Below are positions 7,282-19,435 of a stretch of 24,000 nucleotides of DNA, piece after piece (position 1 is the stretch's first letter; every line of letters starts with the position of its first letter). The DNA comes from Actinomycetota bacterium (GTDB taxonomy: Bacteria > Actinomycetota > Actinomycetes > Propionibacteriales > Propionibacteriaceae): the NCBI GenBank assembly GCA_020161755.1, contig JAIUOS010000001.1, positions 186,633 to 210,632 of the forward strand, written 5' to 3'. The position numbers and the translations under genes are program-made. The notes under the pieces were generated by a model. The model had not been told where the DNA came from. It did no database searches and saw only the letters and a program-made list of their open reading frames with translations.

Positions 7282-7938
7282 TCAGGCGGTCAGGTAGGTG
7301 CTGCTGGCCTGCATCAGGATGCGCTTGGCGCCGTTCACCCAGTTGGCCTGGAGGGCGTCCTTGGCGCCGGGGATGTCGCCGTCCTCGAGGCAGCGGGCGA
7401 TTGCGGCGTGCTCGGCGGCCACGCGTCCCATCACGGCCTCGTTCGGCACCAGCAGCGACTCGTACCGGTGGAACGACTGCCGGACGGTCGCGATCAGCGA
7501 CAGCAGCCTCTGGTTCGGGCACGCGCTCAGCATCACGCCGTGCCACTCGTCGTCGCGGGTCATGATCATCGAGTGGGCGGCCACCTCGCTGTCGAACTCG
7601 GCGGCCAGTTTGGCCAGTCGCGCGGCGAGCTTCTGCATCTTCGCCGGCGGGCTGAGCTCGATCGCCAGCCCCTCCAGGGCCGAGATCACGGGTGCCAGCT
7701 CCTCGAACTCGCGCGCGCTGAGGGCGGCGAACCGGAACCCCTTGCCGCTCTCGCTCTCGATCTGGCCCTCGGTCTCCAGCGCGATCAGCGCCTCGCGCAG
7801 CGGCGTCCGGCTCACGCCGATCTCGGCGGCCAGCTGCACCTCGTTGATGCCCTCTCCCGGCGTCACCGCCCCGGTGCGCATGCGGGTGAGGAGTTCGTCG
7901 CGGACCTGCTCACGCAACGCTCGGCGCTCGATTGCCAT
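7282..7938 (-). CDS. GntR-family transcriptional regulator (FadR/FCD subfamily)
   Basis: Lies within track ORF 7282..8283. ATG at 7938 (MAIERRALREQVRDELL...) is preceded by AGGAGGAG. wHTH INEVQLAAEIGVSRTPLREALIALETEG, followed by an all-helical C-terminal domain of FCD size (218 aa in total). Confidence 0.85.
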   Translation of the reverse strand: MAIERRALREQVRDELLTRMRTGAVTPGEGINEVQLAAEIGVSRTPLREALIALETEGQIESESGKGFRFAALSAREFEELAPVISALEGLAIELSPPAKMQKLAARLAKLAAEFDSEVAAHSMIMTRDDEWHGVMLSACPNQRLLSLIATVRQSFHRYESLLVPNEAVMGRVAAEHAAIARCLEDGDIPGAKDALQANWVNGAKRILMQASSTYLTA

Positions 7939-8010
7939 GGACTCCTCCTGCGGGGTTGGTCGGCAGCATACGGCCTGAGGTGCCCCGTCCGGCCGGTGGG
8001 GGCCGGAGGC

Positions 8011-8040
8011 TTGCGGTTTTGTATTCAGTATTCCTAGTGT
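8011..8040 (+). promoter_or_regulatory. Putative promoter plus GntR-type operator (site 2) in the divergent GntR/ebgA-like intergenic region
   Basis: TGTATTCAGTATTCC at 8020..8034. Candidate -35 TTGCGG at 8011..8016, 18 nt spacer, -10 TAGTGT at 8035..8040. The site is 48 nt before the ATG at 8082 and 82 nt from the GntR ATG. Confidence 0.45.
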
Positions 8041-8072
8041 GGCGGGTGGACGTTGAGCGTGCAACACAGTAG

Positions 8073-11542
<3,470 letters not shown>

Positions 11543-11582
11543 CGGGCTCGGTAACGATTCGGTAAGGGCAGCCTCACAACCA

Positions 11583-11614
11583 TTGACGTCCCAGAACACT
11601 GTATGCAGAATACA
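11583..11614 (+). promoter_or_regulatory. Putative promoter plus GntR-type operator (site 3) of the second importer/GH63 operon
   Basis: -35 TTGACG at 11583..11588, 17 nt spacer, -10 CAGAAT at 11606..11611. Near-perfect palindrome TGTATGCAGAATACA at 11600..11614 overlaps the -10. It lies 37 nt before the ATG at 11651. Confidence 0.5.
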
Positions 11615-11650
11615 AACGTCGAGCGACGTCCGAGCAGAGAGGCTTTCCAC

Positions 11651-12979
11651 ATGTCGATGCGCTCAAGAACCCACAAACTCCTGGCCGGCCTGGCCGCCGC
11701 AGCGCTGGCTCTCGGCCTGGCCGCGTGCAGCGGTGGCGGGGGCACCGCGTCCGCGCCGTCGACCGGCGGCAGCGCGGCGGGCACCCCGTCCGGCACCGTG
11801 GTCTGGTCCACCTGGGGCACGCCCGAGGAGCTCACCCGCTTCAAGGACTTCAACACCCAGTTCATGAAGAAGTACCCGACGATCAAGGTCACCCTGAACC
11901 CGGTCGCCTCGTACTCCGACTACCACTCCAAGCTGCTCGCCCAGCTCACCAGCAACACCGCGCCGGACGTGTTCTACATCGGCGACGACAAGCTCGGCCA
12001 GTTCGTGAGCGCGAACGTGCTGCTGCCCCTGAACGACCGCATGGCCGCTCCGGGCAGCAAGATCACCAAGGACGCCTTCTTCGACGGCCTGTTCGGTGCT
12101 GCCCAGACCGACGGCCAGACCTACGCCGCTCCCAACGACGTGAACCCGGACCTGTTCTGGTATGACAAGAAGGCGCTCGCGGCCGCCGGCATCACCGAGG
12201 ACCCCGCGACCCTGGCCGCCAGCGACCAGTGGACGACCGCCAAGTTCCTGGAGATGAACGACAAGCTGAAGGCCGCCGGCCTCACCGGCTCGATGTACTG
12301 GAACTACTGGGCCACCCACTACAGCTGGATCTCCGCCCAGGGCGGCAAGGCCTACGACGGCAACACCTTCGTCGGCAACACCGATCCCAAGACGGTCGCC
12401 GCGGTCACCACGCTCGGCCAGTACTTCCAGAACAAGACGTTCGTCGTCGCCGACACGCTCCCCGAGGGCGCCGGGGCCGACAGCATCTTCGTCCGGCACA
12501 AGGCCGGCTTCTTCGTCCAGGGCCGCTACACCATCGGCACCCTGAAGTCCGCGGGCGTGCAGGCCGACTACGACGTCGTCCGCTGGCCGACCGCTGACGG
12601 CAAGGCCGCCCCGACCGGTGTCGCCGCGTCCTACCTGGCGATCAACAAGAACACGAAGAACGCCGACGCCGCCTTCCTGTTCTGGAGCGAGTTCCTGAAC
12701 GCGGACGGCCAGAAGTTCCGTCTCGCCGGCGGCGGCAACGCCGTCCCGTCGGTGAAGGGTGCCGACGAGGTCGTCCTCGAGGACAACTACCCGGCCAACG
12801 CCCAGGGGATCCTCGACGCCCGCAACATCGGCTTCGTGAACTACCCGGCCGAGGCCAAGGTGCCGGCGCTGTCCTCCGACATCAGCGACCTGTTCCTGAA
12901 GCTGTACGAGGGCAAGGCGGACGCACAGGGCACGCTCGACGCGGTCGCCGCCCTGGCCAAGGAGAAGATCGGATCGTGA
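11651..12979 (+). CDS. ABC transporter sugar-binding lipoprotein
   Basis: Track ORF 11603..12979. The ATG at 11603 lies inside the operator, so I prefer the ATG at 11651 (MSMRSRTHKLLAGLAAAALALGLAAC...), which has a signal peptide and the lipobox LAAC. Family-1 SBP-like. Confidence 0.85.
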   Translation: MSMRSRTHKLLAGLAAAALALGLAACSGGGGTASAPSTGGSAAGTPSGTVVWSTWGTPEELTRFKDFNTQFMKKYPTIKVTLNPVASYSDYHSKLLAQLTSNTAPDVFYIGDDKLGQFVSANVLLPLNDRMAAPGSKITKDAFFDGLFGAAQTDGQTYAAPNDVNPDLFWYDKKALAAAGITEDPATLAASDQWTTAKFLEMNDKLKAAGLTGSMYWNYWATHYSWISAQGGKAYDGNTFVGNTDPKTVAAVTTLGQYFQNKTFVVADTLPEGAGADSIFVRHKAGFFVQGRYTIGTLKSAGVQADYDVVRWPTADGKAAPTGVAASYLAINKNTKNADAAFLFWSEFLNADGQKFRLAGGGNAVPSVKGADEVVLEDNYPANAQGILDARNIGFVNYPAEAKVPALSSDISDLFLKLYEGKADAQGTLDAVAALAKEKIGS

Positions 12980-13905
12980 CGACCACCCGTCCCGCGCCGG
13001 CCGTGCCCGCCGTCCGCCGCACCGCGGCGTGGCGGCGGCGCGACCGGCGCTGGGGCTGGGTGTTCGTCGGACCCCAGCTGATCGGCATGGTGCTGTTCAT
13101 CCTGGGTCCGTTCGTGGCCAGCCTCGTGCTGGCCTTCGCCTCCTGGGACGGGCTCACCGCCCTGAAGTGGGTGGGGCTGGCCAACTTCGTCGACCAGCTC
13201 ACCGACGAACTGCTGCTGAAGTCCATCGTCAACACCCTGCTGATCGCCCTGATCACCGTGCCGGTCGGCCTGGCGCTGGCCCTGCTGATCGCCGTCGCCC
13301 TGGAGAAGCTGCGGACGCGGTCGCTCTACCTCGTCCTGTTCTTCGCCCCGGTGGTGACCAGCACGGTGGCGGTCGCGATGATCTGGCAGCAGCTGTTCCG
13401 CGCCGACGGCGTGCTCAGCGGCTTCATCGCCAGCACCTTCCACATCGACCCGCCCGACTGGCTGGGCGACCCGCACCTTGCGCTGATCTCGGTCTGCATC
13501 GTCACGATCTGGAGCTCGGTCGGCCTCAACGCGGTGATCTTCCTCGCCGGCCTCCAGGGCATCTCGCCGTCCCTGATCGAGGCCGCGCAGCTGGACGGTG
13601 CCGGCGCCTGGTCACTGCTCACCCGGATCCGGATGCCGCTGATCTCGCCGATCATCTTCTTCTCCACGATCGTGGCGTTCATCTCCTCGCTGCAGACGTT
13701 CGACACGGTGTTCGTCCTCACCGCGGACGCCGGTCCCGACAACGCCACCCGCACGATCGTCTACCACATCTACGACCTGGGCTTCGGCCGCTTCGAGTTC
13801 GGCCCGTCCAGCGCCGCGTCGGTGATCCTGCTGGTGCTCACGCTGGTGATCACCGGCCTCCAGTTCGCCGCGCAGAAGCGCTTCGTCCACTACGAGAGCG
13901 ACTGA
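12976..13905 (+). CDS. ABC sugar transporter permease (MalF-type)
   Basis: GTG at 12976 overlaps the SBP stop (GTGA). EAA motif IEAAQLDGAGAWSLLTRIRMP. Multiple TM segments. Confidence 0.85.
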   Translation: MTTTRPAPAVPAVRRTAAWRRRDRRWGWVFVGPQLIGMVLFILGPFVASLVLAFASWDGLTALKWVGLANFVDQLTDELLLKSIVNTLLIALITVPVGLALALLIAVALEKLRTRSLYLVLFFAPVVTSTVAVAMIWQQLFRADGVLSGFIASTFHIDPPDWLGDPHLALISVCIVTIWSSVGLNAVIFLAGLQGISPSLIEAAQLDGAGAWSLLTRIRMPLISPIIFFSTIVAFISSLQTFDTVFVLTADAGPDNATRTIVYHIYDLGFGRFEFGPSSAASVILLVLTLVITGLQFAAQKRFVHYESD

Positions 13906-13907
13906 GC

Positions 13908-14792
13908 ATGGCTGCCACCGACACCATCGCCCCGGCGACCCTCGGCGACCGCCAGGCTCGCACCGGACGCACCCTGCGCAAGGTCGGCCTGCACGTCGTG
14001 CTGCTCGGGGCCGGCCTGGCCATGGTCTTCCCGTTCGTGTGGATGCTGCTGACCTCGTTCAAGACCCTGCCGCAGCTGTTGGAAGACCCGCTGAGCTTCC
14101 TGCCGAACCCGTGGACGATCGCCAACTACGTGCAGGCGTGGACGTCGGTGCCGTTCGGCCAGGCGTATCTCAACAGCGCCTACATCTGCCTCCTGTCGGT
14201 CGCCGGCACCCTGGTCACCGCGTCGATGGCCGGCTACGCGTTCGCGCGCATCGAGTTCAAGGGCGCCAAGGCGCTGTTCATCGTCTTCCTGGCCACCCAG
14301 ATGATCCCCAAGCAGGTCACGCTGATCCCGTTCTACCTGCTGATGAGCAAGTTCGGCTGGGTCGACTCCCACCTGTCCCTGATCGTCCCGGCGATGCTGG
14401 TGAACCCGTTCGCGGTGTTCCTGATGCGCCAGTTCGTGCTCACCCTGCCCAAAGAGCTGGAGGAGGCCGCCCGCGTGGACGGCTGCGGGCGCTGGCGCAT
14501 GTTCTGGCGGATCGTGCTGCCCAACCTGCGTCCCGGGCTCGCGGCGCTGGCGATCATCGTCGCGCTGGACGTCTGGAACAACTTCCTGTTCCCGCTGGTG
14601 CTGCTGAACACGCCCGACCTGTTCACCGTCCCGTTGCTGCTGACCAGCTTCCGCGGCCAGTTCGGCACCATCAACTACGGCCTGGTGATGGCGGCGTCCG
14701 CGATCGCGACCGTGCCGATGCTGGTCGCGTTCGTGATCGGGCAGCGCAAGATCATCGCCTCGCTCGCGTCCTCGGGGTTGGGCGGACGGTGA
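13908..14792 (+). CDS. ABC sugar transporter permease (MalG-type)
   Basis: Lies within track ORF 13029..14792. ATG at 13908 (MAATDTIAPATLGDRQ...) is 3 nt after the previous stop. EAA motif EEAARVDGCGRWRMFWRIVLP. Confidence 0.85.
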   Translation: MAATDTIAPATLGDRQARTGRTLRKVGLHVVLLGAGLAMVFPFVWMLLTSFKTLPQLLEDPLSFLPNPWTIANYVQAWTSVPFGQAYLNSAYICLLSVAGTLVTASMAGYAFARIEFKGAKALFIVFLATQMIPKQVTLIPFYLLMSKFGWVDSHLSLIVPAMLVNPFAVFLMRQFVLTLPKELEEAARVDGCGRWRMFWRIVLPNLRPGLAALAIIVALDVWNNFLFPLVLLNTPDLFTVPLLLTSFRGQFGTINYGLVMAASAIATVPMLVAFVIGQRKIIASLASSGLGGR

Positions 14793-16438
14793 CCCGGGCC
14801 GCCGCGCTGGCCGACGCCGCGGCCGCGTTCCTCGACCTCCGGACGCTGCCGTTCACGCTGCCCGGTTCCCGGCTGCTGGTCCGGGAGACCGACGGCGGGC
14901 TGTCGGTCAGCCGCGCCGAGTACGAGGTGGACGCCGACGACGCCCTCGCCGTGCGCCGGCTGCGGCTGTACGGCGCGGACGGGGAGGCCCTCGCGGTCAG
15001 TCGGGTCCGGGTCGACCGGATCGAGTTCGGCGACGGCTCGGCGTCCCTGACCTTCGGCGCCCCCGACGAGCTCAGCATCGGCGGCGCGGCCCGGTGCACG
15101 TTCGAGTTGCCCGACGGCAGCACGATCGGTGACAGCGGTCCGGGCGTTGCCCCGGACGCCGGTGCCCCGGAGGTCGGCGTCCTGGTGAGCGTGGACGCCG
15201 ACCGCCGGGTGCGCGTCCGCCGCGACGCCGGGCACGCCGCGCGGCTCGCCCGCACCGAGCAGGTCTGGCTGGACTGGTTCGCGCGCTGCCCGGTGGTCAG
15301 CGCCGACCTGGAGGCGACCGCCGCGCACTGCTGGTGGGTGCTCGGTGCCAACCAGGTCGAGCTCGACCTCGCGCCCGGCACGCGGGCGGTGGTGCCGTCG
15401 AAGCTCGGCTACGTCGCCCTGTGGCAGTGGGACGCCTACTTCATCGCGATCGGCCTGCGGCACGGCGACCTCGACCTGGCGATGCAGCAGCTCGACCTGG
15501 CCCTCACCCACCAGCGCCCGGACGGGCAACTGCCCGACGTCGTCCACGACACGGGGGTGCTCGCCGGCAGCGACGACCTGCCGCCGGTCGACCAGGCGCG
15601 GCTGCGCGAGCTGGGCTCGCCGGCCGCCGACCCCGGCGTCCCGGTCCCGCTGACCAAGCCCCCGCTGACCGCGCTCGCGGTCACCCGGCTGATCGACGCC
15701 GGCGCACCGGCCGAATGGGTGCACCGGGTGCTGCCGGCGTTGCGCGCGTCCCAGCAGTGGTGGTTCGACCACGCTCTGGCCCCCGACGGACTGCCCGAGT
15801 ACGCGCACCCGTACTCCTCCGGACTGGACGACAGCCCGGTGTTCGACGCCGACCTGCCGGTCGCCACCCCCGACCTGGCCGCCTACCTCGTGCTCCAGGA
15901 CGTGCTGCTGGCCGACCTCTCCGACCCCGAACAGGCCGCCCGGCACCGCGGGCGGGCGGCCGACACCCGGGAGTTGCTGCACCGGCTCTGGCAACCGTCC
16001 GCGCACCGCTTCGCCCCGCGCGGTCGCCGCGGGCCGGTCGCCGCGCACACCGTCGTCGACCTGCTGCCGCTGCTCACCGGCACCCTGCCGCGCGACGTGG
16101 CCGCGTCCCTCGCCGACGACCTCGCCGACCCGGCCACCTTCGCCGCGGCGTTCCCCGTCCCCACGGTCGCGCTCGACGACCCCGCCTTCGACGCCGGACG
16201 GATGTGGCGCGGCCCGGTCTGGGTGAACACCAACTGGCTGCTCATCGAGGGACTGGAACGCAGCGGGTTCGGCGCGGCCGCGGCCGCGCTCGCCGCGCGG
16301 ACGCTGGCCCTGGTCGGCGCCGGCGCGTGCGAGTACTACAACCCGCTGACCGGGGCACCCCCGCCGCGGTCGGCGCCCATGTTCAGCTGGACGGCAGCCC
16401 TGTTCATCGACCTCGCCGTCCGCTACGCCCGCCCTTGA
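14789..16438 (+). CDS. (alpha/alpha)6-barrel glycoside hydrolase, GH63/MGH1-like (trehalase/glucosidase-like), with an uncharacterised N-terminal domain of about 190 aa
   Basis: Lies within track ORF 14039..16438. GTG at 14789 overlaps the permease stop (GTGA). Motifs typical of GH63/GH37-clan enzymes: ALWQWDAYFIAIGL, YSSGLDDSPVF, GPVWVNTNWLLIEGL, EYYNPLTG, FSWTAALF. Confidence 0.7.
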   Translation: MTRAAALADAAAAFLDLRTLPFTLPGSRLLVRETDGGLSVSRAEYEVDADDALAVRRLRLYGADGEALAVSRVRVDRIEFGDGSASLTFGAPDELSIGGAARCTFELPDGSTIGDSGPGVAPDAGAPEVGVLVSVDADRRVRVRRDAGHAARLARTEQVWLDWFARCPVVSADLEATAAHCWWVLGANQVELDLAPGTRAVVPSKLGYVALWQWDAYFIAIGLRHGDLDLAMQQLDLALTHQRPDGQLPDVVHDTGVLAGSDDLPPVDQARLRELGSPAADPGVPVPLTKPPLTALAVTRLIDAGAPAEWVHRVLPALRASQQWWFDHALAPDGLPEYAHPYSSGLDDSPVFDADLPVATPDLAAYLVLQDVLLADLSDPEQAARHRGRAADTRELLHRLWQPSAHRFAPRGRRGPVAAHTVVDLLPLLTGTLPRDVAASLADDLADPATFAAAFPVPTVALDDPAFDAGRMWRGPVWVNTNWLLIEGLERSGFGAAAAALAARTLALVGAGACEYYNPLTGAPPPRSAPMFSWTAALFIDLAVRYARP

Positions 16439-16470
16439 CCGGCACCCGACGTCGCCGGATACTGAATACA
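16435..16470 (+). promoter_or_regulatory. Putative internal promoter plus GntR-type operator (site 4) upstream of the P-protein-like operon
   Basis: -35 TTGACC at 16435..16440 contains the GH63-like TGA stop. 17 nt spacer, then -10 GATACT at 16458..16463. CGGATACTGAATACA at 16456..16470 is the reverse complement of TGTATTCAGTATCCG. It lies 30 nt before the ATG at 16500. Confidence 0.5.
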
Positions 16471-16499
16471 ACATACAAAGTGCAGCCAGGAGGATGCCG

Positions 16500-17867
16500 A
16501 TGAGCGCGCCGTACGTCCACCCCTACGTACCGAACACCGCGCCCGAGGCGAGGGCGGCGATGCTGGCCGCCGTCGGCGCCGCATCGGTCGAGGACTTCTA
16601 CGTCGACATCCCGGACGCGCTGCGCCTGCACCGGCCGCTCGACCTGCCGCCGGCCCTGGTCGCCGAGCAGGACCTGGTGCGCCACGTCAGCGGCCTGCTC
16701 GACCGCAACCGGCCGGTGGCGCCGGGCCGCAGCTTCCTCGGCTCCGGCACCTACCACCACCACGTCCCCGCCGTCGTCGACGAGGTGATCGGACGCAGCG
16801 AGTTCCTCACCGCCTACGCCGGCGAGCCGTACGAGGACCACGGACGCTTCCAGGCGCTGTTCGAGTACGAGTCGCTGATGGCCGAACTGCTGGCGATGGA
16901 CGTGGTCACGGTCCCGACCTACGACAGCTTCCAGGCGGCCTCCACCGCCCTGGCGATGGCCGGCCGGATCACCGGCCGCCGCACGGTCCTGGTCGTCTCC
17001 GACGTGCTGGCCGACCGCCGCTCGCGCGTGCACGACTTCGTCCGCAGCCACCTCGACCTGGTCGACGTGCCGACCCGCGACGGGGTGGCCGACCTGACCG
17101 CGGTGCAGGCCGCCCTCGACGGCGGCGTCGCCGCGATCTGGGTGGAGACGCCCAGCCGCACCGGCGCGGTCGAGACCGCGCTGGCCGCCCTCGCCGAGGC
17201 CGCCCACGCGGTGGGCGCCGTGGTCGTCGTCAGCACCGACCCGATCTGCTACGGGGTGCTCACCCCGCCGTCCGAGCAGGGCGCCGACATCGTCTGCGGC
17301 GACCTCCAGTCGCTGGGCCTGCACGCCCACTACGGCGGTGCGCACGGCGGGTTCCTCGCCGTCCACGACGACCCGCGCTTCGTGATGGAACTGCCGTCGC
17401 GGCTGTTCGGGCTGGCGACCACCGACGTCCCCGGCGAGTACGGGTTCGGCGACGTCGCCTACGAACGCACCTCGTTTGCGGTGCGCGAGGAGGGCAAGGA
17501 GTGGGTCGGCACGGCCGCCGCCCTGTGGGGCATCGCCGCCGGTGTCTACCTCGCGCTCCACGGGCCCCGGGGCATGGCCGAGCTCGGCGAGACGATCCTC
17601 GCGCGCACCCGGTACGCCCAGCAGCGGCTGGCCGCGCTCCCGGGCGTCGTGGCCGGCGACGACGCGGTCCACTTCCGCGAGTTCACCGTCGCGCTGCCCG
17701 TCGACCCGGCGGACGTCGTCCGACGCCTCGCCACGCAGGGGTTCGCCGCCGGCGTCCCCCTCGACGACCACCGCCTGCTGGTCTGCGTGACCGAGGTCAA
17801 CACCGCCGACGACATCGACGCGCTGGTCGCCGCCGTCGCCGACGCCCTCACCGAGGAGCACCGATGA
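16500..17867 (+). CDS. gcvPA: Glycine-cleavage P-protein subunit 1 (GcvPA)-like protein, divergent paralogue
   Basis: Track ORF 16494..17867. GGAGGA ends at 16493, so I prefer the ATG at 16500. N-terminal pattern HPYVPNT...MLAAVGAASVEDFYVDIPDALRL..LDLPPAL, FLGSGTYHHHVPAVVDEV and FEYESLMAELLAMDV match the GcvPA layout. Where canonical GcvPA has TPYQPE(I/V)SQG, this protein has AGEPYEDHGR. Confidence 0.75.
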   Translation: MSAPYVHPYVPNTAPEARAAMLAAVGAASVEDFYVDIPDALRLHRPLDLPPALVAEQDLVRHVSGLLDRNRPVAPGRSFLGSGTYHHHVPAVVDEVIGRSEFLTAYAGEPYEDHGRFQALFEYESLMAELLAMDVVTVPTYDSFQAASTALAMAGRITGRRTVLVVSDVLADRRSRVHDFVRSHLDLVDVPTRDGVADLTAVQAALDGGVAAIWVETPSRTGAVETALAALAEAAHAVGAVVVVSTDPICYGVLTPPSEQGADIVCGDLQSLGLHAHYGGAHGGFLAVHDDPRFVMELPSRLFGLATTDVPGEYGFGDVAYERTSFAVREEGKEWVGTAAALWGIAAGVYLALHGPRGMAELGETILARTRYAQQRLAALPGVVAGDDAVHFREFTVALPVDPADVVRRLATQGFAAGVPLDDHRLLVCVTEVNTADDIDALVAAVADALTEEHR

Positions 17868-19435
17868 GCCTTCCCGTCGCCGCCAAGCCGGCGCTGCGTC
17901 GCTTCCACCAGGCCCGCTGGGACGAGCCGGTGATCTTCGAGCTGACCGCCGCCGGCGAGCGCGGCGTCGTCCCCAGCCAGGTGGAGCCGGGCGTCCGCGA
18001 CAGCGTCGGCGACGTGCTCGCCGGGCTCCCGGACGGCCTGCGCCGCACCGCCCCGCCGGCCCTCCCCGAACTCGGCCAGCTGCGGGTGCTCAAGCACTAC
18101 CTGCGCCTGTCGCAGGAGAACCTCGGCGCCGACCTGAACGTCGACGTCGGCCAGGGCACCTGCACGATGAAGTACTCCCCGAAGGTCAACGACCGGCTGG
18201 CCGCGCACGCGTCCCTGCTCGACCTGCACCCGCTGCAGGACCCGGCCGACGCGCAGGGCATCCTCGAGATCATCTGGCGCACCCAGCGCATGCTCGCCGA
18301 GATCTCGGGCATGGACGAGGTGGGCCTGCACACCCAGGGCGGATCGGCGGCGATCTGGACGAACATCGCGATGATCCGCGCCTGGTTCGAGGCGCGCGGC
18401 GAGGCCGAGCAGCGCACCGAGGTGATCACCACGATCTTCAGCCACCCGTCGAACGCCGCCACCGCGAAGGCCGCCGGGTACGACGTGATCACGATCTACC
18501 CCGACGCGGACGGGTACCCCGACATCGAGGCGTTCAGGCGGGCCCTGTCGCCGCGCACCGCGGCGATCATGGTGACCAACCCCGAGGACACCGGCATCTA
18601 CAACCCGCGGATCGCCGAGTGGGTGGAGCTCGCGCACAGCGTGGGTGCGCTGGCGTCCTACGACCAGGCCAACGCGAACGGCATCCTGGGCATCACCCGG
18701 GCCCGCGACGCCGGCTTCGACGTGTGCCACTTCAACCTGCACAAGACCTTCGGGACGCCGCACGGCTCGGGCGGCCCGGGGGCCGGGGCGAACGGGGTGG
18801 CTGCCCACCTGGCGCCGTTCCTGCCGCGTCCGCTGGTGGTCCGGGACGAGGACGGCACCTTCCGGCTGGACGACGACCGCCCGCTCTCGATCGGAAAGGT
18901 GGCCCCGTTCTACGGGGTGGTGCCGAACATCGTCCGCGCGTACGCGTGGATCCGGGCGCTGGGGGCCGAAGGGCTGCGGGCGGTCGCCGAGACCGCCGTG
19001 CTGAACAACAACTACCTGATGGCGAGGGTGCTGGCGATCCCGGGGGCGTCCGCGCCGTACGCGACCGGCCGGCGGCGGATCGAGCAGGTGCGCTACTCCT
19101 GGCAGGACCTGTTCACCGACACCGGCATCACGTCGGAGGAGCTCGGCGTCCGCGCGTCCGACTACGGCATGCACTACTGGACGAGCCACCACCCCTACGT
19201 GGTGCCGCAGCCGTTCACGCTCGAGCCGACCGAGTCGTACTCGATGGCCGAACTGGACGAGTACGCGGACGTGCTGGCCCAGGTGGCGCGCGAGGCCCGC
19301 GAGACCCCGGACGTGGTGCGTACCGCGCCGCACAACCAGACCGTCCACCACACCCACCACGACGACCTCGACGACCCCGCGCGCTGGGCCACCAGCTGGC
19401 GGGCCTACCAGCGCAAGTACGGCTCGGGGACGTGA
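17864..19435 (+). CDS. gcvPB: Glycine-cleavage P-protein subunit 2 (GcvPB)-like PLP-dependent protein
   Basis: ATG at 17864 overlaps the previous stop (ATGA). GTCTMKYSPKVN, the PLP-lysine motif FNLHKTFGTPHGSGGPGAG, and FLPRP match the GcvPB layout. Confidence 0.8.
   Translation: MSLPVAAKPALRRFHQARWDEPVIFELTAAGERGVVPSQVEPGVRDSVGDVLAGLPDGLRRTAPPALPELGQLRVLKHYLRLSQENLGADLNVDVGQGTCTMKYSPKVNDRLAAHASLLDLHPLQDPADAQGILEIIWRTQRMLAEISGMDEVGLHTQGGSAAIWTNIAMIRAWFEARGEAEQRTEVITTIFSHPSNAATAKAAGYDVITIYPDADGYPDIEAFRRALSPRTAAIMVTNPEDTGIYNPRIAEWVELAHSVGALASYDQANANGILGITRARDAGFDVCHFNLHKTFGTPHGSGGPGAGANGVAAHLAPFLPRPLVVRDEDGTFRLDDDRPLSIGKVAPFYGVVPNIVRAYAWIRALGAEGLRAVAETAVLNNNYLMARVLAIPGASAPYATGRRRIEQVRYSWQDLFTDTGITSEELGVRASDYGMHYWTSHHPYVVPQPFTLEPTESYSMAELDEYADVLAQVAREARETPDVVRTAPHNQTVHHTHHDDLDDPARWATSWRAYQRKYGSGT

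Noticed and set aside
16500-19435. Annotating the PA/PB pair simply as the housekeeping glycine cleavage P-protein.
   Set aside because: Not rejected outright, but it should not be accepted at face value. There is no gcvT or gcvH nearby and I recognised no glycine-riboswitch-like leader. The PA motif is divergent, the pair shares an operator with the sugar operons, and actinobacteria normally use a single-chain GcvP.
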